From contig CP129478.1 of the NCBI GenBank assembly GCA_030583845.1, positions 343,175 to 407,174 of the forward strand: a stretch of DNA of 64,000 nt, read 5' to 3'. This DNA comes from Candidatus Dojkabacteria bacterium. Its GTDB lineage: Bacteria > Patescibacteriota > Dojkabacteria > SC72 > JAHDCA01. This document shows positions 19,227 through 33,672 of the stretch, piece by piece. Numbering within the stretch: position 1 is the stretch's first letter; the number at the start of each line of letters is the position of its first letter. Both the position numbers and the translations under genes were made by a program. The notes beneath the pieces are model-generated. The model did no database searches and was not told the DNA's origin. It worked only from the letters and a program-made list of their open reading frames with translations.

Positions 19227-21737
19227 CTAACTTATCGCAATTTCACCATTCTTCAGGACGACCGAAAGCCTTTTCGCCTTCTCTCCGTTTACTTTCTTTG
19301 ACTTGCCATTCCTACTGTCCAGCAGGTAATCTGCTAGTGCACTCTCAACCTTATCCTGGAGCACACGCCTCAAATTTCGCGCACCATACTCCTCGCTAAA
19401 CCCATCCTCTACGATCTTATTTACTACGTCTTTATCCAATGATAGCGAGATCTTCTTAGACCTTAGACGACCATTTAGCTCATCAACGAGCAGCGATACA
19501 ATCATCCTTGCATCTTTCCTGGTCAGTGATCTGAAGATCACTATGTCATCAAGCCTATTGAGCAACTCTGGACGGAGTGTATCTTTCAACTCTTTCTCCA
19601 GATCATCGCGCATGCTCTCAAAAGCCGCCTCTATCTCTGAATCTGAACGCTGATTCTTCTCTAGATTTGCGGCGAAGCCAAGCACCTTATCCTTTCGGAT
19701 CTCCTCAGCTCCAATATTAGAGGTTAGAATTACAACCGTATTCTTAAAATCAACCTTATGCCCCTTACCATCCGTCAGGTGGCCATACTCCATGATCTGC
19801 AAGAGGATATTTAGCACATCAGGATGAGCTTTCTCTATCTCATCGAACAGTATTACCGAGTGAGGTCGCTTCCGAATCTTCTCGGTGAGCTGACCACCCT
19901 CTCGATATCCGACATAGCCTGGTGGCGAGCCGATCAATTTAGAGATGCTGTGCATCTCCATAAGCTCGCTCATATCGATCTGGATTAATCTATCCTCATC
20001 ACCAAAAAGCAGCTCGGTAAGCACTTTTGCCAGCTCTGTCTTGCCCACACCTGTCGGCCCCAGGAATAGCAATGATGCCCACGGCCTATCGGATGCTGAA
20101 ATGCCCGTACGGGCACGCTTGATAGCAGAAGCAACCGCGTTAACAGCCTCTTCCTGGCCTACAACTTTGGTCCCCAATCGCTCGTTAAGCTTCTTCAAGA
20201 TATCGGTCTCCTCTGTGCTGATCGTGGTTACAGGGATACCTGTCCACTTCGAGATTGTCTCCTGGATAGCGTCGACGTCTACCTTATATTTCGATGTGTA
20301 TTTGCTGCGGGTTCGTTTCTTCTTTACCTGGTCCATCTGATCTTGGATCGCCCTCTCCCTTTGCTGCATCTTCTTGGCTGTCTCCATATCACCCTCAAAT
20401 ACAGCCTTCTCTTTGCCACGCAGTGCTGCCTGGTACTCACCCATCAGGTCGGCTAGATCTTTATATTTCACCTCCAACTGCAATCTTCGTGACGCCGCCG
20501 CTTCGTCCATAAGGTCGATAGCCTTATCTGGCAGGAATCGGTCACTCACATATCGATCTGATAGCCTCACCGAGGCCTCGATCGCCTCTTCGCTAATATT
20601 CACATTGTGGTGCTTCTCTAATATAGGCTCAACCCTATGCATAATCTCAATGCTCTCCTCGATCGAAGGCTCCTCGATAAATATCGGCTGGAATCTCCTC
20701 ACCAGAGCATTATCCTCTTCAAAATATCTCGAGAACTCTACCGTAGTCGTCGCACCGATCACCCTGAAATCATCTCTCACCAGCGCCGGCTTCAGCACAG
20801 CAGCTATATCCATCCCACCGCCAGGGAAGTTTGTCCCCAGGATATTATGGATCTCGTCGATAAAGAGAATGACATCTTTCGATTCGGCTACCTCGCTGAT
20901 GATGGCCAACACCTTCTCCTCAACATCACCGCGCAGTTTGCTGCCTGCCAGCAGCGCTGATACATCAAGCGAGATCAGTCGTGTGTTCATTAATGAGTTT
21001 GGCACTGTGCCAGCAGCGATCAGCTGGGCTAGCCCCTCGATTATTGCTGTCTTGCCTACTCCAGGGTCTCCAATTATTACAGGGTTATTCTTACGACGAC
21101 GGCTCAATACATTTATTATCTGCTCCAGCTCATCTTCTCTTCCTACCAGCGGGTCAAACACTCCATCTCTTGCGAGCTCGACTAGATCCTGACCAAGCAG
21201 TCCTAGCTGGCTCTCTTCGCCGTCCATGTCGTCCTGGAGCTCTGGCTTAGCCAGTATGCCGATCGGGTATGTAGCGAAGTTAGAGAGGTTCTCCTTGAAG
21301 AACTTGTAGGTCAGCCCTGCATCCTCTAGCTCTTGGGTTATCTTAAGATCTGTCTGGCGGAGAATGGCTAGAAGGATATGCTCGGTACCTACATACACGT
21401 GAGAAGAGCTGCTTGCTATTGAGTAAGCGACTCGGATTACATCCTTTGATTCTTTCGATAGCAGGATATCTTTTGTATTTTTCTCAAATTTCGCGCGGTC
21501 AAACGCCAATAGAGTTGTGCCAGCGAGCTTCTGCAATGTCTGAGTTGTGTCTACCCCCATCGCTGTGAGGGCTTTAGAGCCTATCGATTCCTTATTGAGC
21601 AGTATGCCCAGGAATAGGTGCAGAGGAGTCACCTCTTTGTCGAAGAGTGTAGTCGCGATATCAGAAGCGAACCGGATTGATATCCGGGCGTTCTCGCTCA
21701 GCTTGCTGAAATAGTTTTGCTTCTTGCTTTTATTCAT
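19227..21737 (-). CDS. clpC: ClpC-type AAA+ chaperone/unfoldase (Clp ATPase with two AAA domains)
   Basis: 836 aa; Clp_N repeats; Walker A GDPGVGKTAI and GPTGVGKTELAK; short (about 75 aa) middle linker between the two ATPase domains, which fits ClpC better than ClpB. Confidence 0.8.
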   Translation of the reverse strand: MNKSKKQNYFSKLSENARISIRFASDIATTLFDKEVTPLHLFLGILLNKESIGSKALTAMGVDTTQTLQKLAGTTLLAFDRAKFEKNTKDILLSKESKDVIRVAYSIASSSSHVYVGTEHILLAILRQTDLKITQELEDAGLTYKFFKENLSNFATYPIGILAKPELQDDMDGEESQLGLLGQDLVELARDGVFDPLVGREDELEQIINVLSRRRKNNPVIIGDPGVGKTAIIEGLAQLIAAGTVPNSLMNTRLISLDVSALLAGSKLRGDVEEKVLAIISEVAESKDVILFIDEIHNILGTNFPGGGMDIAAVLKPALVRDDFRVIGATTTVEFSRYFEEDNALVRRFQPIFIEEPSIEESIEIMHRVEPILEKHHNVNISEEAIEASVRLSDRYVSDRFLPDKAIDLMDEAAASRRLQLEVKYKDLADLMGEYQAALRGKEKAVFEGDMETAKKMQQRERAIQDQMDQVKKKRTRSKYTSKYKVDVDAIQETISKWTGIPVTTISTEETDILKKLNERLGTKVVGQEEAVNAVASAIKRARTGISASDRPWASLLFLGPTGVGKTELAKVLTELLFGDEDRLIQIDMSELMEMHSISKLIGSPPGYVGYREGGQLTEKIRKRPHSVILFDEIEKAHPDVLNILLQIMEYGHLTDGKGHKVDFKNTVVILTSNIGAEEIRKDKVLGFAANLEKNQRSDSEIEAAFESMRDDLEKELKDTLRPELLNRLDDIVIFRSLTRKDARMIVSLLVDELNGRLRSKKISLSLDKDVVNKIVEDGFSEEYGARNLRRVLQDKVESALADYLLDSRNGKSKKVNGEKAKRLSVVLKNGEIAIS

Positions 21738-21846
21738 ATATTGATCAATGACCCCAGTATCAAGGATTATACTTTCAATCTAGCTCAATGGATAGTCCTT
21801 AATTCGCCTAGAAAGTATAGCGGTACTTTCTTTAAATCTAAATTAA

Positions 21847-21891
21847 CCCCCGCTAACTTATAGTGAGTTCCTCACTATAAGTTAGCGGGGG
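21847..21891 (-). terminator. Family-1 palindromic repeat; probable rpsA terminator (21-bp stem, 3-nt loop)
   Basis: cccccgctaacttatagtgag-ttc-ctcactataagttagcggggg. Preceded on the plus strand by an AT tract (aattaa), which is U-rich in the minus-strand transcript. Lies between the rpsA stop (21916) and the clpC start (21737). Confidence 0.7.
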
Positions 21892-21915
21892 TTTTCGCTT
21901 TGATCGAACCTTCTA

Positions 21916-23160
21916 TTAGTCTGAAGGGTTCTCCTCTTTCAAAGCCTCTTCTACTTTCTCTGCCAATTCTGCAGAGTCTACTGTCTCTGAGCTTGTATCA
22001 TCTGAAGAGATCTTAGACTTCTTAGTCTCGCTGTCCCACTTCAGGCTCAAGCCCAAGTGTCGCTCGGTTGATGAGATCGAAAGGATCTTCACCTTTACCT
22101 TGTCTCCCTGGGATACGATATCTCGTGGATCTCGAACAAGCTTGTCTGACATCTCTGAGATATGCACAAGTCCGTTCAAGCCTTCGTCAATTCTTACGAA
22201 TGCACCGAAGTCCACAACCTTCTGTACCTCACCGTCGACAACATCGCCAACCTTATATTTAGCAATAAGCTCTGACCATGGATCTGTGAGCAATCTCTTG
22301 ACGCTGTAGGCTACTCGCTTACCACCATCTGTGATGCCGATAACCATAACCTGAACAGTGTCACCCACTTTATATAGGCTTTCGATATTCTCAACCTTGT
22401 CCCATGATAGCTCTGAGAGGTGTACAAGTCCCTCGAGTCCCTGAGCATTAACGAAGATACCGAATGGTGTAATACCGCTAACTTCTCCCTTGAGTACATC
22501 ACCCTCTTTGACAGACTTAAGAGTCTTCTCTCGTCTCTCGAGGTCTCTCTCCTGGGTAACCATCTTCTCTGAGAGGATAATCCTATTCTTCTCGCGGTCG
22601 AGCTCAATAATTCTTGTCTTGATAGTCTCACCAACCAGACTGGTTAGCTTCTTCTGTACCTTAGCAGAGATATCCTTACCAACCTGTCGAACACCATTTA
22701 CATACACTCGCTGCGCATCAAGCTGTGATGTAGGGATAAAGCCTCGTACATCGCCCTTAAGCTGCACGATAACACCACCGTTGTTTGACTCTACAACTGT
22801 AGCCTCAACAACATCGTTATTTGTCTTAGCCTCTTCAAGCTCTAGCCAGACACCTGCCTGCTGTGTCCTGCGCACTGAGAGAATCAGCTGACCCTCTTCG
22901 TCCTCTGGACGTACAACATAAACTAAAAGTGTGTCGCCTTCCTTCAAGCTGTTGACGTCGATCATATCCGACTTCAGCTCTCGCCCAGCAACAATTCCCT
23001 CTGACTTGTAGCCAACATCTACGATGATAGCTCCAGGCCTGATATCGACCACCGTGCCCTCAACAATCTCACCTGAGGTGAGGCGCTTTGGCTGGTTTGA
23101 GTCGTCTGCAATGAATTGATCCAATTGTGAATACAACTGGTCCGCGTTTGTTTTTGCCAT
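21916..23160 (-). CDS. rpsA: 30S ribosomal protein S1
   Basis: 414 aa with four recognisable S1 RNA-binding repeats (GxV motifs, e.g. GEVSGITPFGIFVNAQGLEGLVHLSELS). Confidence 0.9.
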   Translation of the reverse strand: MAKTNADQLYSQLDQFIADDSNQPKRLTSGEIVEGTVVDIRPGAIIVDVGYKSEGIVAGRELKSDMIDVNSLKEGDTLLVYVVRPEDEEGQLILSVRRTQQAGVWLELEEAKTNNDVVEATVVESNNGGVIVQLKGDVRGFIPTSQLDAQRVYVNGVRQVGKDISAKVQKKLTSLVGETIKTRIIELDREKNRIILSEKMVTQERDLERREKTLKSVKEGDVLKGEVSGITPFGIFVNAQGLEGLVHLSELSWDKVENIESLYKVGDTVQVMVIGITDGGKRVAYSVKRLLTDPWSELIAKYKVGDVVDGEVQKVVDFGAFVRIDEGLNGLVHISEMSDKLVRDPRDIVSQGDKVKVKILSISSTERHLGLSLKWDSETKKSKISSDDTSSETVDSAELAEKVEEALKEENPSD

Positions 23161-23302
23161 AGTAATTCATAGCCTCGGATTTACTGGCTCCACAGTACCG
23201 GTAATTCCATATGTTAATTGCCTGTGGATTTATGGGGCGATTATAGCACGGGAGCTGGGTTTTGGGGAAGGTGGTTAAGGCTGCGCTGAGGTCAGTCATT
23301 AC

Positions 23303-24193
23303 CTAACTCTGCAATGTCAGAAAAGCCTGACTCTCATCAAGTGGGTAGCCTGCCAGATTGAGTAGCCTCATTAAATTTTCATCTGTGCTATCTGCTTCAA
23401 ATGATAGTTTTTCATAGCCGGCATTCATCATTGCACTCATTGCGTACTCAACATATGTTTGAGACTGTTCCGTTGTAGCGGGCGCTAGCCAGAAGTCGAG
23501 TAGGAACAGCTCCCCGTCTCCATCGCTCTCTTCCAATATTATGTATCCTATAATTTTACCTTCCAACTTGAAACAGAGCGAAAGCTGCTTATTTATCGCT
23601 TCGCTGGACATATCTCTATCCCAATACTCTTTGTAAATTGACCCAACTACTGGGTTGTGAGGGTGACAATCAGCATATTTCTGCAAAGCTAGATCAGAAA
23701 GCTCCGCTGCCGCCGCTTTATCAAGAGCTTCGAGCTTAGTCGCCACAACCCTCTCTGGAAGCGACACATCCTTCGTTACAAAGCTGTAGTGAAGTCCTAC
23801 TGTGCCTTCATACGTTTTCATCACCACCTTGAAGCCGTTATCGCTTAAGAAATTAAGATACTGCTCATGCGATACGTCATGCCCTGCCTGAAGCGGTAAA
23901 GACCTTTCATGCGATATCTCGAAGGCTTTGTTAAGTATAGGCTCAAGCTGGTTAGTGCTACCACTGTCAAAAAGAAGCATATTGAAATAGAGAACTTTAT
24001 CGTGAACTGCCCTACTCCAGAGCGTTAATATTCCTACTTCTTGCTGTTCTTGTGTACATCGGAACGCTTTGTGGAATGTTGTTGATTCTGGAGATGGCAT
24101 TCTTTGATAGAAGGATCTCTCCTCACCAAAGGCATTAGCAAGTTTGGTGTCGATTTCTGAGTATTGGCTTTGGTTGATTTCGTGGTATTCCAT
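23303..24193 (-). CDS. Hypothetical protein (296 aa)
   Basis: ORF only; possibly acyltransferase-like (IGYIILEESDGDGELFLLDFWL), but not supportable from sequence alone. Confidence 0.4.
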   Translation of the reverse strand: MEYHEINQSQYSEIDTKLANAFGEERSFYQRMPSPESTTFHKAFRCTQEQQEVGILTLWSRAVHDKVLYFNMLLFDSGSTNQLEPILNKAFEISHERSLPLQAGHDVSHEQYLNFLSDNGFKVVMKTYEGTVGLHYSFVTKDVSLPERVVATKLEALDKAAAAELSDLALQKYADCHPHNPVVGSIYKEYWDRDMSSEAINKQLSLCFKLEGKIIGYIILEESDGDGELFLLDFWLAPATTEQSQTYVEYAMSAMMNAGYEKLSFEADSTDENLMRLLNLAGYPLDESQAFLTLQS

Positions 24194-24326
24194 GGTTCTA
24201 TTTCGATTATAGCATCAGCTGTGAAAGCCCAGGTCAATCGGGCTAGTAATATAACGGCGTTACCTGATGTTAGTAAGCGCGTATTTATGAGTGTCTGTTC
24301 TTTGAAAAAGAAAATAGGAGATAAAA

Positions 24327-24800
24327 ATGAAGCAAAGACTAGTTGTTATATTCGTAGCACTGCTGGCAGCATCGGGTTTAGGTTTCGGGCTGCAAAATGC
24401 TGTAAAGGCTCAGCAATCTGAACAAGCTGATCCCTATCCTGATTGCGTACCAGGCTTCAATATGAATCTTGAGGCTAGCGATAGCAATCCCGAAGTTTTG
24501 GAATGGGTGACATTTACAGCAACTCTTACCAACGAAACGGGATTAACGCAGGAGCACTTGCAGTTTGTGGTGGGCTTTGGCCAGGCAGTATGGATAGTTG
24601 GCAGCGCCGACTTCCTTGAGCCTGGTGAAACCATCACGGGTACAACCCAAATGCGTGGCGGACTAACTGGACCAATGTTCAACGAAACTGGCGTTATACT
24701 CTTTGATGCTGAAGGCGAAGTTCTCTGCATAACACGCGGTCAGGGCGTTGATATTTTCGTTGGACACAGAAATTTCTTGCCATTAATTAGCAAAAGTTAA
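24327..24800 (+). CDS. Hypothetical secreted protein (157 aa)
   Basis: N-terminal signal peptide MKQRLVVIFVALLAASGLGFG; followed by a 10-bp-stem hairpin at 24841-24880. Confidence 0.5.
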   Translation: MKQRLVVIFVALLAASGLGFGLQNAVKAQQSEQADPYPDCVPGFNMNLEASDSNPEVLEWVTFTATLTNETGLTQEHLQFVVGFGQAVWIVGSADFLEPGETITGTTQMRGGLTGPMFNETGVILFDAEGEVLCITRGQGVDIFVGHRNFLPLISKS

Positions 24801-25017
24801 CACTTTATAAATCAACCAAGAACAGACAAAATGAAATTAGGGGTAACCCACTCGATTGCCTCGACAGCATCTCGGGTTACCCCTAATCTTCAATTATACA
24901 CAGAATCTCCTATATTCCCCTCTACGACAACTTAATCATGACATAAGGCTCGACACACATTAACTCGATACCTTCAATAACCCAGCCTATAACATCGCAA
25001 AAGTGTTATAATAGATT

Positions 25018-25698
25018 ATGCTACAAGTGCCTAACGAATCAGAACAACAACCGGCTGCTTTAACCTGGGACCAGGTGCTTCAGGGCGTTCCGGAGGAAAA
25101 AATCTCTCCAGAACAAGCAAGAGCTGAGATTGGAAACAGATTGATTCCAATTCTCCTCGAAACTGAAATCCCTGACAAATTTGCGATTGAGAGAGTAACA
25201 AGCGTTGATAATAGTACTGTTAACACAAAACTAAGATATCTTTACACCATAGAAGCGCTAAGGGATCATCTATTTCCAGCCTTCCTAACCGCAGAGCATC
25301 CTATACGAACCGACGAGAATGGCAGTATTGTTGAACAACCTAAGGAGGAGATTGAGATCGCTCCATGGGTAAATATGGTTCACGCATGGACCAAGCTCCT
25401 TAACCTCGCAAACGGTCTACACTATTACCAATACCACAAAGACGACCCCTCTATTTCCAACTTCCTTCTATATGCGGTTGAAGATCTGCATGGATTCACA
25501 ACAATGGGATCACTGAAAGAGCGACTTGCGAGACCTAACTCTTACTACGAAAACCAAGATGGATATTATCCAGAAAATGCATGGAGAGAGTCAAGAGTTG
25601 CTGGAGTCAACTCTTTGCGTCACGTTAATCTACCTGAAATGCTCTACATCCTAGACACATTTAGAGCTGCTTTCGCCAGACAAGCACCCAACGAATAG
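25018..25698 (+). CDS. Hypothetical protein (226 aa)
   Basis: ORF only. Confidence 0.4.
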   Translation: MLQVPNESEQQPAALTWDQVLQGVPEEKISPEQARAEIGNRLIPILLETEIPDKFAIERVTSVDNSTVNTKLRYLYTIEALRDHLFPAFLTAEHPIRTDENGSIVEQPKEEIEIAPWVNMVHAWTKLLNLANGLHYYQYHKDDPSISNFLLYAVEDLHGFTTMGSLKERLARPNSYYENQDGYYPENAWRESRVAGVNSLRHVNLPEMLYILDTFRAAFARQAPNE

Positions 25699-25703
25699 AC
25701 AGT

Positions 25704-26351
25704 TCACTTACCCGCACACCAACTACACCATCCCCTCTCCTTAAAAATACACTTCGACACTTCCGGCTTCACCCGAGCCTTACAATAATATCTACCATAT
25801 AGTACGAAAAGCGTATTCACCCTATGCCAATCCGCGCGGTCATACAGCCGCTGCAGATCATACGCAATGTCTCCAGGCTTCTTCTTATTGGTGAGTCCAA
25901 GCCGCTGAGAGACCCGCATAATATGAGTATCCGCCCCTATCCCCTGGTTGCTCTCGTACAGATCGTTGAGGAAGACATTTGCAGTTTTGTTTCCAACACC
26001 TGGCAGCTTCACCAGCTCCTCGACTTTATCTGGCACTTCACCACAGAAATCCTCGTCGATCATTCTAGCGGTCTCTATTATATGCTTTGCCTTATTGTTT
26101 TTATAATTTGCACCGTGGATTAGCTTCTGTACTGTGGCCAGGCGTGCTTTTTTCAAAGCTGGCGGGTCAGGATATTTAGCAAACAAGCCCGAAGTGACCC
26201 TGTTCACCTGTGCATCTGTGGTTTGAGCTGATAGAATGATGCATATCAAGAATTGGAAGGGTGTGTCCCAGTTGGATAGCTCTGACTTGGCACCGGGGAA
26301 AAGCTCTTCGATTTCTTGGAGAATTATGTTGGCCCGCTCTTTTTTGGTCAT
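25704..26351 (-). CDS. nth: Endonuclease III (DNA glycosylase/AP lyase)
   Basis: HhH-GPD motif LPGVGNKTANVFL and C-terminal 4Fe-4S cluster loop CKARVKPEVSKCIFKERGWCSWC. Confidence 0.9.
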   Translation of the reverse strand: MTKKERANIILQEIEELFPGAKSELSNWDTPFQFLICIILSAQTTDAQVNRVTSGLFAKYPDPPALKKARLATVQKLIHGANYKNNKAKHIIETARMIDEDFCGEVPDKVEELVKLPGVGNKTANVFLNDLYESNQGIGADTHIMRVSQRLGLTNKKKPGDIAYDLQRLYDRADWHRVNTLFVLYGRYYCKARVKPEVSKCIFKERGWCSWCAGK

Positions 26352-26429
26352 ACATGATTATATATTAATAGGGATCACATGGGGAACAGAAGTATTAACC
26401 TTACAAGCAAAAATTTAGGAGTAACCGAT

Positions 26430-27335
26430 ATGACTACTCAGAGTAGATCCCGACGGCGCAAAAACGCTACGTTAGTTATCATAGCCGCAATAATATTCAT
26501 CCTGGTAGATGCGCTGTTTATCTACAACACCTTCTACCCCGAGAGCAGCGATCGTTTCTATGACTCACTCCGCTCCTCCTTAAGCCCGAAGGATCGCTCG
26601 GGCGATAAAGAAGCTGAGCAAGAAGATGATAATGATCAGCCTATAGAACCGATAAAGCAAAATATTACCTACAACGAGGTACCAGTTACTCCTGATGGTC
26701 ACTTCTTCGAGAAGACTCCCACTATAGGTGGTCAGGCAGCATATATCGCACACCCCATAGAGATCGATCCAGAAGATCCTCCCACTATTATTGTATACAG
26801 TCACGGCTCGATTACCTTAATTACCAACGATTTTTCCGATGAATTTATGCTAGAAATGCGCTCATATGGCGATTTCTTTACTAAGCAAAACTATATCTTC
26901 GCAGCGTCTAACGAGCACGGCGAGAACTGGGGAAGTGCCCAGTCAGTAGAGGATATCCGGGCAATGGTCGAGTGGATACAGTCAAGATATGAGACAGAAC
27001 CAAAAGTTTACCTTACCGGGCATAGCATGGGTGGACTCCCAACATTTGAGTATGCCTTTGCTTATCCTGACACAGTGGCCAAGATCGGATTGCTCGCCCC
27101 CACTACTCGCCCAAGTGTATGGACAGCTGAAGAAATGCAGTCCCTAAACGATAAACCTGTGAAGATCTGGCACGGTGAAGCCGATGTAAATGTTGGCTCA
27201 TTCCTCAGTAGTAACTTCAAAACTGCTGCAGATGCACATGGAAATAACATTGATCTGGTGCTACTTCCTGGGGTAGACCATTGGGGTGTAGACACCGAGC
27301 TCATGGACGAGCTACTACTATTCTTTAACGAGTAA
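26430..27335 (+). CDS. Membrane-anchored alpha/beta-hydrolase (esterase/lipase family)
   Basis: GHSMGG nucleophile elbow and an N-terminal TM helix. ATG at 26430 is preceded by an aggag SD at 26416-26420 (the ORF track starts earlier, at 26379). Confidence 0.7.
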   Translation: MTTQSRSRRRKNATLVIIAAIIFILVDALFIYNTFYPESSDRFYDSLRSSLSPKDRSGDKEAEQEDDNDQPIEPIKQNITYNEVPVTPDGHFFEKTPTIGGQAAYIAHPIEIDPEDPPTIIVYSHGSITLITNDFSDEFMLEMRSYGDFFTKQNYIFAASNEHGENWGSAQSVEDIRAMVEWIQSRYETEPKVYLTGHSMGGLPTFEYAFAYPDTVAKIGLLAPTTRPSVWTAEEMQSLNDKPVKIWHGEADVNVGSFLSSNFKTAADAHGNNIDLVLLPGVDHWGVDTELMDELLLFFNE

Positions 27336-27374
27336 ACCACGGAGTAATTTCACAATTGTTTCATTAAAACAAAA

Positions 27375-27417
27375 CCCCGCTAACTTATAGTGAGATGCTC
27401 ACTATAAGTTAGCGGGG
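27375..27417. terminator. Family-1 palindromic repeat; bidirectional intrinsic terminator (20-bp stem, 3-nt loop) flanked by A- and T-runs
   Basis: aaaacaaaa-ccccgctaacttatagtgag-atg-ctcactataagttagcgggg-ttttt. It terminates the plus-strand hydrolase gene and the minus-strand rRNA operon after 5S. Confidence 0.8.
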
Positions 27418-27435
27418 TTTTTAGTTGTCAAAAAG

Positions 27436-27555
27436 TCCTGGCAACGACCTATCTTCCCGGGACCTTTCGGACCAAGTATTTTCGGCGCTAAAGCGTTTTA
27501 CTTCTGAGTTCGGGATGGAATCAGGTAGTGCCGCTCCGCTACAATCGCCAGGCCA
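27436..27555 (-). rRNA. rrf: 5S ribosomal RNA
   Basis: The reverse complement reads GCCTGGCGATTGTAGCGGAGCGG...CCATCCCGAACTCAGAAGTAAAACGCTTTAGCGCCGA...GTTGCCAGGAC, matching the conserved 5S core (CCGAACTCAGAAGTGAAAC). Confidence 0.85.
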
Positions 27556-27849
27556 CATAGAACAAGTTTATTACACGCGGGATTATAAAAACCCCTTACG
27601 TACAACAGAAAAATTTGTATACATTTCACAAATTCTCCGAGGTCGCATGTTTCACTACGCTTGGCGTAGTTCCACGATACGAGCACTTGCACTATTTGGC
27701 CTGACAGCCACTAAATAAATAGTGACTCTCAGGACTTTTAATTCGAAAGAGCTATGTACTTCGGTTGGACTGCTTGCGCAGTCCGACCTCCGTACTAGTG
27801 CGTATCCCCTTGCGGGGTTACACACTAAAAACCGAATAGAATAAAATCA

Positions 27850-30998
<3,149 letters not shown>

Positions 30999-31175
30999 TT
31001 TTAAAATGACTAATATTCTATTCGATTGTTAATGTGCAAACACCGTGAGTAAAATACTTTAACAGCGACTGGCCTACCTAAAAGTGTCCTGTTACTGATT
31101 TTACCCTCCGTTAAGTGCTCAACTTTCGTTAAACACTTAATGAATATTTAATGAACTGCAAACTACCCTACCACT

Positions 31176-31242
31176 CCAATTTTTAATATGATTTTCGAGA
31201 ATTGGCTTCGAGCCACCTCGAGAAAATCATATTGAAAATTGG
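31176..31242 (-). repeat. Imperfect 24/26-bp inverted repeat at the 3' side of tRNA-Ala(TGC); candidate processing stem
   Basis: ccaatttttaatatgattttcgag (31176-31199) pairs with ctcgagaaaatcatattgaaaattgg (31217-31242) with two 1-nt bulges. Confidence 0.6.
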
Positions 31243-31313
31243 ACCTAAGTGGATTCGAACCACTGACCTCCTCATTGCAAATGAGGCGTTCTAGCCAACT
31301 GAACTATAGGCCC
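31240..31313 (-). tRNA. tRNA-Ala (anticodon UGC), in the 16S-23S spacer
   Basis: Acceptor GGGCCTA/TAGGTCC with G3:U70, anticodon stem CCTCA/TGAGG, loop TTTGCAA (TGC), T-arm AGTGG-TTCGAAT-CCACT, discriminator A. Confidence 0.85.
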
Positions 31314-31365
31314 GCGACTATATTCATCTCAACCCTATCTCCCATTCATTACCTTAGCACACCAG

Positions 31366-31439
31366 TGGGCGTACCAAGGCTCGAACTTGGGACCTCAGTC
31401 TTATCAGGACTGCGCTCTAGCCAACTGAGCTATACGCCC
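31366..31439 (-). tRNA. tRNA-Ile (anticodon GAU), in the 16S-23S spacer
   Basis: Acceptor GGGCGTA/TACGCCC, D-arm GCTC-AGTTGGCTA-GAGC, anticodon stem CAGTC/GACTG, loop CTGATAA (GAT), T-arm CCAAG-TTCGAGC-CTTGG. Confidence 0.85.
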
Positions 31440-31605
31440 ACTAGAGTTCCAAGTTCTGCGGGCAAGATTAAGGTTGCTTGCAAGTTTATTCCAATGTAAT
31501 GAGCTCAACCTTTGAAAACTTAAAAGTGGTAGGAAAGTCTCTCGTGCAACGCCTAAGCGATGCAATAAATGACCTAGACAACCTTCTAGGTTAGGTTTTC
31601 TCCTT

Positions 31606-33178
<1,573 letters not shown>

Positions 33179-33450
33179 AAAAGTTTTTCACACAACCAGG
33201 GCACACTCGCAAGCGAGTATGCTCTATTGTTGGCTATTACTTAAAAATTGCGTCCATGGAATTAATGAATTAATCCATAGACGACTATTACTGGACTTCC
33301 TATGAAGTTCACGAAGGAACTTCTTTAGAAAGTGCTTTCACAGTATTGTGAAAGACTTCCTACCACTTTTCAGTTTTCAAAGATCAACATATTTCTGATC
33401 AGTATTCGGGTTACCAAATACTGAAGCAGTCACACGCACGAACAATTACG

Positions 33451-33479
33451 CTTATATCACTTCATGCCGATCCTGTCAA
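33451..33479 (-). promoter_or_regulatory. Candidate sigma70-type promoter of the rRNA operon
   Basis: On the minus strand: TTGACA (RC of 33474-33479), 17-nt spacer, TATAAG (RC of 33451-33456); about 265 nt upstream of the 16S 5' end. Confidence 0.45.
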
Positions 33480-33672
33480 CATTTCTTGAGGTTTTCGTAG
33501 GGTCGCCTACCGCCTGGTAGTGCCCAAGAGGAAACCTGTTCCATCCCGTATTTCTTTATGTGGGGGATTATATCAGAAATTTGGGCATCTCACAAGGGAG
33601 AAATACTGACGAATTACAGACCCAGCACCTACTTCCTCTTGATCATACCTAGCTGCCCAATTCAAAGTTGAT

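Noticed and set aside
19945-21250. Plus-strand ORFs up to 272 aa (20374-21192) antisense to clpC; similar antisense ORFs opposite leuS, radA, rho, polA, uvrA and the surface-protein gene (45771-46481)
   Set aside because: They are fully nested opposite genes with strong motif support and have low-complexity S/P/R-rich translations typical of antisense frames.
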